Assembly: GCA_020058085.1 (NCBI GenBank)
Contig: JAGVER010000007.1
Location: 71,969 to 135,968, forward strand
Reading direction: 5' to 3'
DNA from: Candidatus Omnitrophota bacterium
GTDB lineage: Bacteria > Omnitrophota > Gorgyraeia > Gygaellales > Profunditerraquicolaceae
DNA: 64,000 bases
Shown here piece after piece: positions 17,175 to 26,994 of this stretch. The notes beneath the pieces are model-generated. The model was not told the DNA's origin. It was given only the letters and a program-made list of their open reading frames with translations, and searched no databases. Each line of letters starts with the position of its first letter. Position 1 is the first letter of the stretch. The position numbers were made by a program, and so were the translations under genes.

Positions 17175-19071
17175 AGTTATCGGTATTGATTTGGGGACAT
17201 CGAATTCAGCAGCAGCAGTTATGGAAGGCGGAAGGCCAGTAATTATTCCGTCTGCGGAAGGCGCAGGTATTGCTTCGGGTAAAGCTTTTCCTTCCTACGT
17301 TGCCTTCACTAAAGACGGGCAGCGTTTGGTAGGTGAGCCTGCAAGGCGACAGGCAGCAATAAACGCCGAAGGCACAATTCAGGCAGCTAAACGAAAAATG
17401 GGGACAGATTTTAAATTTAAGGTCTTAGGTAAGGAATATACCCCGCAGCAGATCTCTGCTTTTATTTTGCAGAAGATTAAGCAGGACGCCGAAGCGTATC
17501 TCGGTGATAAAGTTGAGGAAGTGGTGATTACCTGCCCTGCTTATTTTAACGATAATCAGCGCCAGGCGACCAAAGATGCCGGTGAGATTGCCGGTTTAAA
17601 GGTCTTGCGTATAGTTAACGAGCCAACCGCAGCTTGTCTTGCTTATGGTTTAGAGAAAGCAGGTAAAGAGCAAAAAATAATGGTTTTTGATTTAGGTGGT
17701 GGAACTCTCGATGTTACGATTATGGAGATGGCACAGGGCGTATTTGAAGTAAAGTCTACTTCTGGCGATACGCAATTGGGTGGTACGGATATGGACCGTG
17801 TTTTGCTCGAGCACATTGTTGGACAGTTTAAGCGTGAAACCGGAATTGAGATCATGAATGACAAGATGGCGGTGCAGAGGGTGCGCGAGGCAGCGGAGAA
17901 GGCTAAAATTGAATTATCTTCAACAGTAAGCACAGATATTAACCTTCCCTTTATTACTGCTGATTCCACGGGCCCAAAGCATTTAACTATGACGATTTCT
18001 CGCGCCAAGCTTGAAGATTTGGTTTCTACGATTATTGAAAGATGTAAGCATCCTATTGAGCAAGCTATTAATGACGCTAAATTTACTGCCAAGGATGTTG
18101 ATCGTGTTATCATGGTTGGTGGCCCTACACGTATGCCTATAGTCCAGAAATTTGTTGAGGATTATGTGGGTAAGAAGATTGAGCGCGGGGTAGATCCTAT
18201 GGAATGTGTTGCTTTAGGAGCTGCAGTGCAGGCGGCAATTATCACAGGCGATATGAAGGACGTGCTTCTGCTTGATGTTACTCCTCTATCATTGGGTATT
18301 GAAACATTGGGCGGAGTAAGCACTAAGTTGATTGAAAGAAATACTACTGTTCCGACTAGGAAGAGCCAGATTTTCTCAACTGCGGCAGATAATCAAACCG
18401 CGGTCACTATATGCGTCTTGCAGGGTGAACGGCCATTAGCTAATGATAATGTGGAATTAGGGAGATTTGATTTAGTGGGAATCCCCTCTGCTCCACGTGG
18501 CGTGCCTCAAATAGAGGTTGCTTTTGACATTGACGCTAATGGTATTGTGCATGTTTCGGCAAAAGACCTAGGTACGGGTAAAGAACAATCCGTGCGTATA
18601 TCCGCGCCCAAGAAGCTCTCTAAGGAAGAGATTGATAAGATGGTTAAAGACGCGGAGCAATTTGCCGCGGATGATGCTAAGAAAAAAGAAGAGATAGAGA
18701 CTATCAATCAGGCTGATAATTTGGTCTATGCTACCGAGAAATCCTTAAAAGATTACGGCGAAAAGGTTAGTTCTGCTGAACGCGCTGATATAGAGGCAAA
18801 GGCCAATGATTTAAAGGTTGCGATTAAGGACAAGAATGTAGATAGGATTAAAAAAGGTATGGATGAACTCACTCGCGCAGCACACAAATTGGCAGAAGAG
18901 ATCTATAAGCAGGCTTCTAGTAAACAGCAGACGCAGCAGGCAGGGCCTGGTGCAGGAGCAGAGCCAAACCAGGAGGCTGGTCCTCAATCTGAAGGCCCAA
19001 AAGAAAATAAGGGTAAAGAAGAAGATATCATAGATGCGGAATACAAAGAAGAGGATGGAGATAAGAAGTAA
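17167..19071 (+). CDS. dnaK: chaperone DnaK (Hsp70)
   Basis: [26 protein letters not shown]; 634 aa. Confidence 0.98.
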   Translation: MAKVIGIDLGTSNSAAAVMEGGRPVIIPSAEGAGIASGKAFPSYVAFTKDGQRLVGEPARRQAAINAEGTIQAAKRKMGTDFKFKVLGKEYTPQQISAFILQKIKQDAEAYLGDKVEEVVITCPAYFNDNQRQATKDAGEIAGLKVLRIVNEPTAACLAYGLEKAGKEQKIMVFDLGGGTLDVTIMEMAQGVFEVKSTSGDTQLGGTDMDRVLLEHIVGQFKRETGIEIMNDKMAVQRVREAAEKAKIELSSTVSTDINLPFITADSTGPKHLTMTISRAKLEDLVSTIIERCKHPIEQAINDAKFTAKDVDRVIMVGGPTRMPIVQKFVEDYVGKKIERGVDPMECVALGAAVQAAIITGDMKDVLLLDVTPLSLGIETLGGVSTKLIERNTTVPTRKSQIFSTAADNQTAVTICVLQGERPLANDNVELGRFDLVGIPSAPRGVPQIEVAFDIDANGIVHVSAKDLGTGKEQSVRISAPKKLSKEEIDKMVKDAEQFAADDAKKKEEIETINQADNLVYATEKSLKDYGEKVSSAERADIEAKANDLKVAIKDKNVDRIKKGMDELTRAAHKLAEEIYKQASSKQQTQQAGPGAGAEPNQEAGPQSEGPKENKGKEEDIIDAEYKEEDGDKK

Positions 19072-20228
19072 TGCCCGGTACTAAACGAGATTACTACGAA
19101 ATATTAGGAGTCCAGAAAAGCGCGAGCCTTGATATGGTAAAAAAAGCTTACCGAGAGCTTGCGCTTAAATTTCATCCTGACCGTGTTCCTCATGAGCAAA
19201 AAAAAGAGGCTGAAGAAAAGTTTAAGGATATCTCTGAAGCTTATGCTATTCTTTCTGATGCTAATAAGCGTGCTTTGTATGATCAGCACGGCCATGCTGG
19301 AATTGACCAGAGATACGCTCAAGAAGATATATTTAAAGGAGCTGATTTTAGCAGCGTATTTCAGGATTTAGGTAATTTTGGTTTTGGCGGCGGGTTGTTT
19401 GAGGAGATATTCAGTGATTTAGGATATGATTTCTTTGGTTCAGGCTCCAGACGTACACAAGGCTCAAGACGCAGGGGCAGGGATCTGCAGATTTCTGTAG
19501 ATATAACCTTGGAAGAGGCTGCGCAGGGCACAGAAAAGACTATAACCGTACCGCGTTATGAAACTTGCACTACTTGTTCAGGTACGGGTGCAAGGCCGGG
19601 AACAAAGAGGGCTACATGTTCTCAATGTAAAGGTTCAGGGCGCTCGGTAGTTGGACAGCGTGGTTTTTACATACAACAAACTTGCCCGCGTTGCGGCGGT
19701 GAAGGTTCAATTATGCAATCGCCTTGTGCACATTGTAATGGTGAAGGCAGGGTAAAGGTTACCCGTAAGATTAAGGTAAAAATACCCGCAGGAGTAGATA
19801 ATGGTTCTAATCTTAGGGTCAGGGGTGAGGGAGAGGCAGGCCAAACATCACATGGTGATCTATATGTTATTATAGAGGTAATGCCACATTCTCTCTTTCA
19901 AAGGCACGGCAACGATATAGTGATCGAAGCTAATGTTAGCTTAACTAAGGCGATACTAGGAGGGGAGATAATTGTTTCAACTTTAAGCGGTAAGGTGGAT
20001 ATGAAGATACCAGCAGGTACTCAATGCGGAAGTATCTTTAGGTTGAAGGGTAAAGGTATAATAGATCTGCATTCTAAGAATTTTGGTGATCAGTTGGTCA
20101 AGGTTAATATAGAAATACCGCAAAAACTTAATCCACAGCAACGCAGCACAATTGAGGAATTCGCGCGCCTTTCAGGTGAGGAGATAAAGGTAAGTTTTAC
20201 TGATAAAATAAAAAAGTCTTTCAGGTAA
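19071..20228 (+). CDS. dnaJ: co-chaperone DnaJ
   Basis: J domain DYYEILGV...HPDR, a G/F-rich linker and four CxxCxGxG zinc motifs. Confidence 0.95.
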   Translation: MPGTKRDYYEILGVQKSASLDMVKKAYRELALKFHPDRVPHEQKKEAEEKFKDISEAYAILSDANKRALYDQHGHAGIDQRYAQEDIFKGADFSSVFQDLGNFGFGGGLFEEIFSDLGYDFFGSGSRRTQGSRRRGRDLQISVDITLEEAAQGTEKTITVPRYETCTTCSGTGARPGTKRATCSQCKGSGRSVVGQRGFYIQQTCPRCGGEGSIMQSPCAHCNGEGRVKVTRKIKVKIPAGVDNGSNLRVRGEGEAGQTSHGDLYVIIEVMPHSLFQRHGNDIVIEANVSLTKAILGGEIIVSTLSGKVDMKIPAGTQCGSIFRLKGKGIIDLHSKNFGDQLVKVNIEIPQKLNPQQRSTIEEFARLSGEEIKVSFTDKIKKSFR

Positions 20229-20246
20229 ATAAGGAGAATTAAGTAA

Positions 20247-20492
20247 ATGCCTACATATGAATATGAGTGTGTTAATTGTAATAAAATTTTTGAAGTCTTT
20301 CAGAAGATAACCGATGAACCGCTTAAGAAGTGTCCTAAGTGCAGCAAAAAGATAAATAGGCTGATCGGTGGTGGCTCGGGAGTAATATTTAAGGGATCGG
20401 GTTTCTACGCTACAGATTACCGCAAGGCCGGCGCCGCCGGCTCCTGCTCTTCGGATAAGAAAGGTTGTTCTAGCTGTCCCCATGCTAAATAA
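20247..20492 (+). CDS. FmdB-type zinc-ribbon protein
   Basis: MPTYEYECVNCNKIFEV...CPKCSKK is a CxxC...CxxC ribbon typical of the FmdB family. Confidence 0.7.
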   Translation: MPTYEYECVNCNKIFEVFQKITDEPLKKCPKCSKKINRLIGGGSGVIFKGSGFYATDYRKAGAAGSCSSDKKGCSSCPHAK

Positions 20493-20853
20493 AGAAGGGC
20501 TCGGGATCTTTAAGTACTGGCCGCCGGTCATTATTTGTGCAGGTTGCATATTTTATTCTTCATCATTACCCGGAACCAGCATTCCTAGATTATTCTCATT
20601 TCAGGACATTTTGTTTCACTTTTTTATATTTCTCATTCTAGGTTTATTTTTCAGCCGCGCATTAAAAAATACCTTTTTTGGTATTTCTGGGATAAAGATT
20701 GTAATTTTTACATTTATTTTTACGTTTTTTTATGGTATAAGTGATGAATTCCATCAATACTTTGTTCCTTATCGTAATGCATCGGTTCTCGATCTTTTTG
20801 TTGATGGGTTTGGGGGATTATCCGGAGGTTTATTCTATAGATGGCGGAAATAA
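20482..20853 (+). CDS. VanZ-like membrane protein
   Basis: Four hydrophobic segments and ISDEFHQYFVPYRNASVLD. Confidence 0.55.
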   Translation: MLNKEGLGIFKYWPPVIICAGCIFYSSSLPGTSIPRLFSFQDILFHFFIFLILGLFFSRALKNTFFGISGIKIVIFTFIFTFFYGISDEFHQYFVPYRNASVLDLFVDGFGGLSGGLFYRWRK

Positions 20854-22127
20854 AACCTTTTAAAGCAATTTTCTATAATCAGGAAAAATTCAAGGATTAT
20901 GCAGTTCTTACTTGCCCTCCTTATGATGTAGTATCTTCTGAAGAGCAGGATTATTACTATAATCTAAGCCCATATAATTTCTTGAATATACTTTTGAGAA
21001 AAGATATTCCTGGAGAAAACAAATATCAGCGTTCCGGAGCTATTTTTAAAGAATGGCTTAAAGAAGAGATACTTATTCAAAACAATAATCCTGCGGTTTA
21101 TTTTTATAGCCAGCAATATATTATCAGGGGAGAGAGAAAGACCCGCTTGGGATTTATTGCTCTTTTAAGATTAGGCGATAAGAGTTCATCGGTATTCGGA
21201 CATGAAAATACGCGTTTAAAGGCAAAAGAAGACCGGCTGAAGATTTTAAAGAAAACCAATGCTAATCTAAGCCCGATATTCGTTGTCTTAAAAGACGAGA
21301 AACGGGTTATTCAAAGAGTTTTTGACCAACATATCTTTGGCAGGCCTCCTTTTATCGAGGTTACAGATAAAGAGAAAACTGTTCATAAACTTTGGAGTGT
21401 AGAGGATAAAGAGGTCTTAGGGCTTATTCAATCCGGGATGAAGAAGGAAGACGCGTTTATTGCTGACGGCCATCATCGTTATGAGGTCTCTTGCGCTTAT
21501 AGGGATGAGATTCGTCAGAAGCTCGGGGGTAAGTTGCCCGAAGACGCAAGTTTTAATTACACTTTAAGTTATTTTACCAGCGCTGATCAGCGTGGTCTCT
21601 CGATATTACCCATACATCGGTTGTTAAGATTAGATAAAGAAATAGACCTAAGCATTTTTTTAAAGAGCCTAAAAGAATATTTTGATGTTGAAGAAGTTAA
21701 GGGAAAGGATCGTTTTTTCTTTTTGATGGAGAAAAGCGGGTGCAGTGAGCACGTATTGGGTATGTACAAAAATAAAAGATACTGGCTCTTGCGCTTAAAG
21801 AATGTAAAGATCTTGGATAAGATGATGAATGATAAACCTAAAGAGTATAGGTCTTTGGATGTTTCTATCCTAAACCAGTTGATTTTTAAAGGTATATTAA
21901 AGTATAATTTAGAAGATAAGGATAATCTTAGGTATAGCCCACATCCGGCTGAGTTTATCGAAGCGGTGGATAATGATTCTTTTACCATAGCTTTTTTCTT
22001 AAATCCAGTCAAGATGTCACAGATTGTAGCTGTCGCTTTGGGTGGGAATAAAATGCCGCCTAAATCCACTTATTTTTATCCTAAGGTACTTTCGGGGATG
22101 GTGATTAATAAACACGAGGATATATAA
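20841..22127 (+). CDS. DUF1015-family protein
   Basis: N-terminal IKPFKAIFYN...CPPYDVV and ADGHHRY, as I recall for DUF1015. Confidence 0.65.
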   Translation: MAEIKPFKAIFYNQEKFKDYAVLTCPPYDVVSSEEQDYYYNLSPYNFLNILLRKDIPGENKYQRSGAIFKEWLKEEILIQNNNPAVYFYSQQYIIRGERKTRLGFIALLRLGDKSSSVFGHENTRLKAKEDRLKILKKTNANLSPIFVVLKDEKRVIQRVFDQHIFGRPPFIEVTDKEKTVHKLWSVEDKEVLGLIQSGMKKEDAFIADGHHRYEVSCAYRDEIRQKLGGKLPEDASFNYTLSYFTSADQRGLSILPIHRLLRLDKEIDLSIFLKSLKEYFDVEEVKGKDRFFFLMEKSGCSEHVLGMYKNKRYWLLRLKNVKILDKMMNDKPKEYRSLDVSILNQLIFKGILKYNLEDKDNLRYSPHPAEFIEAVDNDSFTIAFFLNPVKMSQIVAVALGGNKMPPKSTYFYPKVLSGMVINKHEDI

Positions 22128-22130
22128 ACT

Positions 22131-22970
22131 ATGGCACTTTTTGGAAGGCCAAAATATACTATTGTAAGGTTAAAGAAGAAAGAGATGCCTAACGGCCTAT
22201 GGACGAAATGTGAGGCATGCTCTGAGACTTTATATAATAAGACTATTGAGGAGAATCTTAAGGTTTGTCCTAAGTGCGGCTATCATTTTTCGCTAGGAGC
22301 TTATGAAAGAATTAATATGCTTATAGATAAGGATATGTTTCAGGAATACGATAAAGATATGCTTTCGGCTGACCCGTTGGATTTTAAAGGGCCAAAGACT
22401 TATAAAGATAAATTAGCCGCGGATCAAGCGAGCACTGGTTTAAAAGATGCGGTTATTTCAGGAGAAGGGTTTTTAGATAATAAAAAAATTATTATAGCGG
22501 TTACAGATTCACGTTTTATCATGGGCTCTATGGGTTCGGTGGTTGGGGAGAAGATAACCCATGCTATTGAGTCTGCAACAGAAAAAAAGATTCCTGTAGT
22601 TATTGTATCGGGGTCAGGAGGTGGGGCGAGAATGTATGAAGGCATGCTTAGCCTGATGCAGATGTCTAAGACTTGCGCCGCGTTAAGCTACCATCGTAAA
22701 GCGAAATTGCCGTATATTTCAGTTCTTACTAATCCTACTATGGGAGGGGTTATGGCTTCCTTTGCGGGTGTTGGGGATATCATTATGGCTGAACCTAAGG
22801 CCTTGATTGGTTTTGCTGGCCCTAGGGTGATTGAACAGACTATAAGGCAAAAACTTCCTTCGGGTTTTCAACGTTCTGAATTTTTGCTTGAGCATGGCCT
22901 TATAGATATGATTGTAGTGCGCAAGAATATGAAAGAAGAAATAAGTAAATTGCTTGATTATTTAGGTTGA
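22131..22970 (+). CDS. accD: acetyl-CoA carboxylase carboxyltransferase beta subunit
   Basis: N-terminal zinc ribbon CEAC...CPKCGYH and VSGSGGGARMYEG. Confidence 0.9.
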   Translation: MALFGRPKYTIVRLKKKEMPNGLWTKCEACSETLYNKTIEENLKVCPKCGYHFSLGAYERINMLIDKDMFQEYDKDMLSADPLDFKGPKTYKDKLAADQASTGLKDAVISGEGFLDNKKIIIAVTDSRFIMGSMGSVVGEKITHAIESATEKKIPVVIVSGSGGGARMYEGMLSLMQMSKTCAALSYHRKAKLPYISVLTNPTMGGVMASFAGVGDIIMAEPKALIGFAGPRVIEQTIRQKLPSGFQRSEFLLEHGLIDMIVVRKNMKEEISKLLDYLG

Positions 22971-22982
22971 GTTGGTATAATT

Positions 22983-23141
22983 AAGCACCTTAAGTTTTGG
23001 TCTAGGGCACCTTGCCAAATAGGATTGGCAAGTGCGCACTTTCTGTGCGAAATTTGAACACCATAAGTTTTGTCTAGTGAAATCCTTGTTGCCGTAGGCA
23101 ACAAGGAACTGACCGAACAAAAGTGAGGTCAAGTATAAGAG
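22983..23141 (-). repeat. box-plus-palindrome intergenic repeat array (family A), inverted orientation
   Basis: The reverse complement aligns with 46640-46830, e.g. ATTTCACTAGACAAAACTTATGGTGTTC versus ATTTCGTTAGACAAAAACTTATGGTGCTC. The same TTGTTGCC-N-GGCAACAA and CTTGCCA..TGGCAAG palindromes are present. Confidence 0.6.
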
Positions 23142-23174
23142 CCCAAGAAGATTTTATCTAAGGAGTCAACTAAA

Positions 23175-24278
23175 ATGGCACAGGTAAGTTTAAACAAAAT
23201 ATCCAAGATCTATCCTGGGAATGTAAAAGCGGTAGATAGTATTAACTTAGGAATAGAAAATAAGGAGTTTATGGTTTTAGTCGGGCCTTCCGGATGCGGA
23301 AAGTCAACTACTCTTAGGATGGTTGCAGGTTTGGAAGAGTCGAGTTCAGGGGACATCTATATAGGCGACAAAAGAGTAAATGATGTTCCGGCAAAAGACC
23401 GGGATATCGCTATGGTCTTCCAAAATTATGCTTTATATCCCCACATGACTGTTTTTGAGAATATGTCTTTTGGGCTAAGGTTAAGGCATATACCTAAATC
23501 AGAGATTCTTCAGCGTGTAAATGAAGCAGCGGATATATTAGGGATTAAACGTCTTTTGAATCGTAAACCGCGTGAGCTTTCCGGAGGAGAGAGGCAGCGT
23601 GTGGCGGTAGGCAGGGCTATTGTAAGGAAGCCGATGGTATTTTTGTTTGACGAACCACTAAGTAACTTGGATGCCAAGATGCGTGTTCAAATGCGCACTG
23701 AAATACATAAATTGCATATCAAGCTACAGACAACGATAATCTATGTAACTCATGATCAGATAGAAGCTATGACCATGGGAGATAGGATTGCAGTAATGAA
23801 AGATGGCCTCCTGCAGCAGGTCGCTGATCCTATAACCGTATATGATCATCCTAAGAATAAATTCGTTGCTGGTTTTATAGGTTCTCCTCCTATGAATTTT
23901 ATGCGTGGTAAGATTGTTAAAAAAGAGAGCCGCCTTTATTTTGACGAAGGGAAGGTCTATGTAAAATTAGTTGATGACATGCGCCAGAAATTGTCCGCTT
24001 ACGTAGACAAAGAGATAATCTTCGGTATACGTTCCGAAGATATTTACGATAAGCTCTTTGTTTCTGAAGCTCCTCCTGAGAATGTAGTAAAGGTTAATTG
24101 CGAAGTCTATGAGCCTATGGGGTCAGAAGTTTACCTCTACTTAAATACCGGTAAGCATACTTTTATTGCTCGTGTAGGCGCGCATAATCGTCCCAAGGTT
24201 AACCAAGAGATGGACCTGGTTTTTGATATGAGTAAGGTACACTTTTTTGATAAGGATAGCGAAGAGACTATCATATAG
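23175..24278 (+). CDS. ABC transporter ATP-binding protein, MalK/UgpC/MsmX-like
   Basis: GPSGCGKSTTLR, LSGGERQR, FLFDEPLSNLD and a C-terminal regulatory/TOBE-like extension. No adjacent permease genes. Confidence 0.85.
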   Translation: MAQVSLNKISKIYPGNVKAVDSINLGIENKEFMVLVGPSGCGKSTTLRMVAGLEESSSGDIYIGDKRVNDVPAKDRDIAMVFQNYALYPHMTVFENMSFGLRLRHIPKSEILQRVNEAADILGIKRLLNRKPRELSGGERQRVAVGRAIVRKPMVFLFDEPLSNLDAKMRVQMRTEIHKLHIKLQTTIIYVTHDQIEAMTMGDRIAVMKDGLLQQVADPITVYDHPKNKFVAGFIGSPPMNFMRGKIVKKESRLYFDEGKVYVKLVDDMRQKLSAYVDKEIIFGIRSEDIYDKLFVSEAPPENVVKVNCEVYEPMGSEVYLYLNTGKHTFIARVGAHNRPKVNQEMDLVFDMSKVHFFDKDSEETII

Positions 24279-24295
24279 TTTTAAAAGAAGTATCC

Positions 24296-24586
24296 TACTG
24301 AGTCATCAGCAAATAATGGTCACATTGGCTGAGCTGATTTTGGAGCGAGACAAGGAACGAAGACGCAGGCGTAATCTTGCATTACGCCAAGGACGAGTGA
24401 CGCAGTCAGAGCCCAAAATCAGCCAGCCCATAGATAATATAGAATTAGGGGGGAGCCCGCCTTTCGGCCGTCTGCGGCGTTGCTCCTCCTTGGCGTAGTA
24501 CTAAAGACTACGCCTGCGTCGTCGCGCCTTGCATACGGCCTAAATGCGGGCTCCCAATATGCCCATTATTTGCTGATGACTCAGTA
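24296..24586. repeat. 291-bp GC-rich element closed by perfect 24-bp inverted repeats; candidate structured ncRNA or MITE
   Basis: TACTGAGTCATCAGCAAATAATGG (24296-24319) is the exact reverse complement of 24563-24586. Inside are nested helices 24327-24343/24413-24428, 24368-24375/24381-24388, 24451-24460/24546-24555, 24466-24471/24535-24540 and 24492-24499/24507-24514. Confidence 0.5.
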
Positions 24587-25885
24587 ATGCCTACCTTTTT
24601 GGGAAAGTCACCCTTCCTGAGGGTAATTTTTGCTCTTATTCTTATTCTACTGGTATACTTTATTCTCCCCGTATATTTAGCTAAAATCTTAAGTCTTAAG
24701 CCATTCAAGCCGCTGTTTCTGTTTTATCTTATTAATATCTTTATTCTTCTCTACTTTTCCAGAAAAAGCTTTCTAAGAAGCTATGATCTTCAATTGCGCA
24801 TACAAGGGTTTCAGGAAAAGATAAACATTCTTAATGCGGAATATTCGCAAGAGATAAAGAAGAGCATCGCACTTCTAGAGAAAAGTATGCGTTATAATAG
24901 TCTTGGGAATATCCTTAAAGAGATTAACTCAAGTCTTGAACTAGATTCTGTAGCCGAGATTCTGACTTCAGAGGTATTTTCACTGATAGGTAAGAATAAA
25001 GGAGTCTGCGTTTTGTATCTGATTGATAACCAGACACAGAAGCTAGTTCTTTTTAAAACAAAAAAAGGGGACAAAGGTTTGGTTATCAAAACTAAAGAAG
25101 GCAATACCCTTGACTTCTGGGTCTTAAGGCATGCAAGTCCGCTCTTAGTCGAGGATATTAAAAACGATTTTCGTTTTGACCTAGATAAGTTGTTGGCTTT
25201 AGATGCAAGGCCGGTAGCGTCATTAATTAGTTCGCCTTTCTTAAGCGAAAATAAACAGTTAGGTATTTTAAGGCTGGATAGCGAGATACCTGGAGCTTAT
25301 TCGCAGGATGACTTGAGATTTCTAGCTTCTATTTCAGATTTAGGAGCAGTAGCTATTGAAAATAGCGAACTTTTTAAGAGGGCTCAAGATCTAGCGATAC
25401 ATGATGTTTTAACCGGGCTCTATACAAAAGTTTATTTTATGGAACGCTTTAAGGAGGAATGTAAAAGAGCCCTTTCTCAAAAGACTCCGCTTTCTTTATT
25501 GATGCTGGATATAGATTTCTTTAAGAATTATAATGATCAATTCGGGCATACTGCCGGCGATATCGTACTAAAAAAATTAAGCCAAATTATAACTAAAACG
25601 CTGGCGAGCCTGCATCCTCTTATAAGCCGTTTTGGCGGAGAGGAATTTTGTATTGCTATAACCGGTAAAGATAAAAAAGAGGCATATAAAATCGGGGATT
25701 ATTTGCGTAGAGAGATAGAGAATGAAAAAGTAATTTTGCGTCGAAGCGAGACGCATATAACTACTTCAGTGGGTTTAGCTAGCTTGCCTGTTGACGCCTT
25801 AGATGATGAGGATCTTATTCGTAAAGCAGATAAGGCGATGTATGAAGCAAAACAGAAGGGAAGAAATCAAGTATGTTCTTTTTGA
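24587..25885 (+). CDS. membrane-anchored GAF-GGDEF diguanylate cyclase
   Basis: N-terminal TM segments, a GAF-like middle region and a GGDEF domain with RFGGEEFCIA. Confidence 0.8.
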   Translation: MPTFLGKSPFLRVIFALILILLVYFILPVYLAKILSLKPFKPLFLFYLINIFILLYFSRKSFLRSYDLQLRIQGFQEKINILNAEYSQEIKKSIALLEKSMRYNSLGNILKEINSSLELDSVAEILTSEVFSLIGKNKGVCVLYLIDNQTQKLVLFKTKKGDKGLVIKTKEGNTLDFWVLRHASPLLVEDIKNDFRFDLDKLLALDARPVASLISSPFLSENKQLGILRLDSEIPGAYSQDDLRFLASISDLGAVAIENSELFKRAQDLAIHDVLTGLYTKVYFMERFKEECKRALSQKTPLSLLMLDIDFFKNYNDQFGHTAGDIVLKKLSQIITKTLASLHPLISRFGGEEFCIAITGKDKKEAYKIGDYLRREIENEKVILRRSETHITTSVGLASLPVDALDDEDLIRKADKAMYEAKQKGRNQVCSF

Positions 25886-26868
25886 GTACGTTAATCCTCT
25901 TGACCTTAGTTTCGTATTTCTTGGTTAAAGTAGCCATGGCTAAGATCGGCCCTAAAAAAGAAGAGGATCTTGGGAACTTAAAATCCGAATACGACAATCT
26001 TTATCTTAAGAACCAGAGCTTAAAAGAAGAAAATTCTCTATTAGACGGAAAGGTTACTCAAACATTAGGGCTCTATAATATATCTAAAGATATGTCTAAA
26101 GAGCTTGACGAAAATAAAATCTTTCATATTTTTAAGGAGCGCATAAATGATTATGTTAAGATAGGATGTTGCAATTTTCTGGTGAAGGGAGCTGATCTTA
26201 AGCGATATGAAGGCTATATTAATTTTCCTCTAGTTATAAATAATGAAATAGCAGGGCATCTTATTGCTAGGGATATCGCGGAAAATGATAAGTACCGGTT
26301 CCAAATTTTAGCCCAGCAATTTCTGATTATGGTTAAAAGGGCTTTTCTTTATAAGAATATACAGGAATTAGCGATTATGGATGGATTGACTCAAGTTTTT
26401 AGCCGCAGACATTTCTTAGAGAGGTTTAAGGAAGAGCTTAGGCGCTCCCGGAAGTTTAAGCATAATTTCTCCTTCCTGATGCTTGATATAGATAAGTTTA
26501 AGAATTTTAACGATAAATATGGGCATTTAGTAGGAGATGCTGTATTGAGAGAGGCATCTAAGACAGTAAAGGAGAATGTAAGGCAGATAGATTTTGTGGG
26601 CAGGTATGGCGGAGAGGAGCTTTCTATAATTCTGCCTGAAACAGATAAAGAACAAGCACTTCTTGCCGCCGAGCGTATACGTCAGGCGATTGAAAAAAGG
26701 GAGATCAAGGTTTATGATGAAGAGCTCAAAGTAACTGTGAGCGTAGGTATATCTACTTTTCCTGATGATGCCGATGACTCAAGTCTTCTTATTGAAGCAG
26801 CGGATAAGGCTCTTTACTTGGCTAAAAATGAAGGTAGAAACAGGGTTTGTGCTTACCGCCGTAAATAA
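25873..26868 (+). CDS. GGDEF-domain protein (GGEEL variant)
   Basis: DIDKFKNFNDKYGHLVGD and RYGGEELSIILP. It overlaps the upstream gene by 13 nt. Confidence 0.8.
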   Translation: MFFLSTLILLTLVSYFLVKVAMAKIGPKKEEDLGNLKSEYDNLYLKNQSLKEENSLLDGKVTQTLGLYNISKDMSKELDENKIFHIFKERINDYVKIGCCNFLVKGADLKRYEGYINFPLVINNEIAGHLIARDIAENDKYRFQILAQQFLIMVKRAFLYKNIQELAIMDGLTQVFSRRHFLERFKEELRRSRKFKHNFSFLMLDIDKFKNFNDKYGHLVGDAVLREASKTVKENVRQIDFVGRYGGEELSIILPETDKEQALLAAERIRQAIEKREIKVYDEELKVTVSVGISTFPDDADDSSLLIEAADKALYLAKNEGRNRVCAYRRK

Positions 26869-26940
26869 TATCTTCTTGTGCCGGTGTATATTTTGTGGTA
26901 ATCTAATTAAATATTTTGAGGAGAGCAGGTAATTTTAATA

Positions 26941-26994
26941 ATCCCGTTAGAAATTAAGCGTTAATGGGATTAAGGAAAGGATTTCTAACGGGAT
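26941..26994 (+). promoter_or_regulatory. perfect 14-bp inverted repeat enclosing the SD and pairing the start codon of the ROK kinase gene
   Basis: ATCCCGTTAGAAAT (26941-26954) is the exact reverse complement of ATTTCTAACGGGAT (26981-26994). The 26-nt loop contains AAGGAAAGGA, and ATG 26993 lies in the 3' arm. Confidence 0.35.

Noticed and set aside
24296-24586. The element as a known housekeeping RNA (RNase P, tmRNA, SRP, 6S) or a retron msr-msd.
   Set aside because: I find no GAGGAAAGTCC-type RNase P motif, no tRNA-like ends or tag ORF, no SRP helix-8 GGAAG/AGCA motif and no single long 6S-like hairpin with a central bubble. No reverse transcriptase gene follows the inverted repeats.
24247-24708. 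ORFs 24247-24498 (+) and 24508-24708 (-) as protein-coding genes.
   Set aside because: Both lie inside or across the GC-rich inverted-repeat element. Their translations are low-complexity and Arg/Gly/Pro-rich, they have no RBS, and they are best explained by the composition of the structured element.
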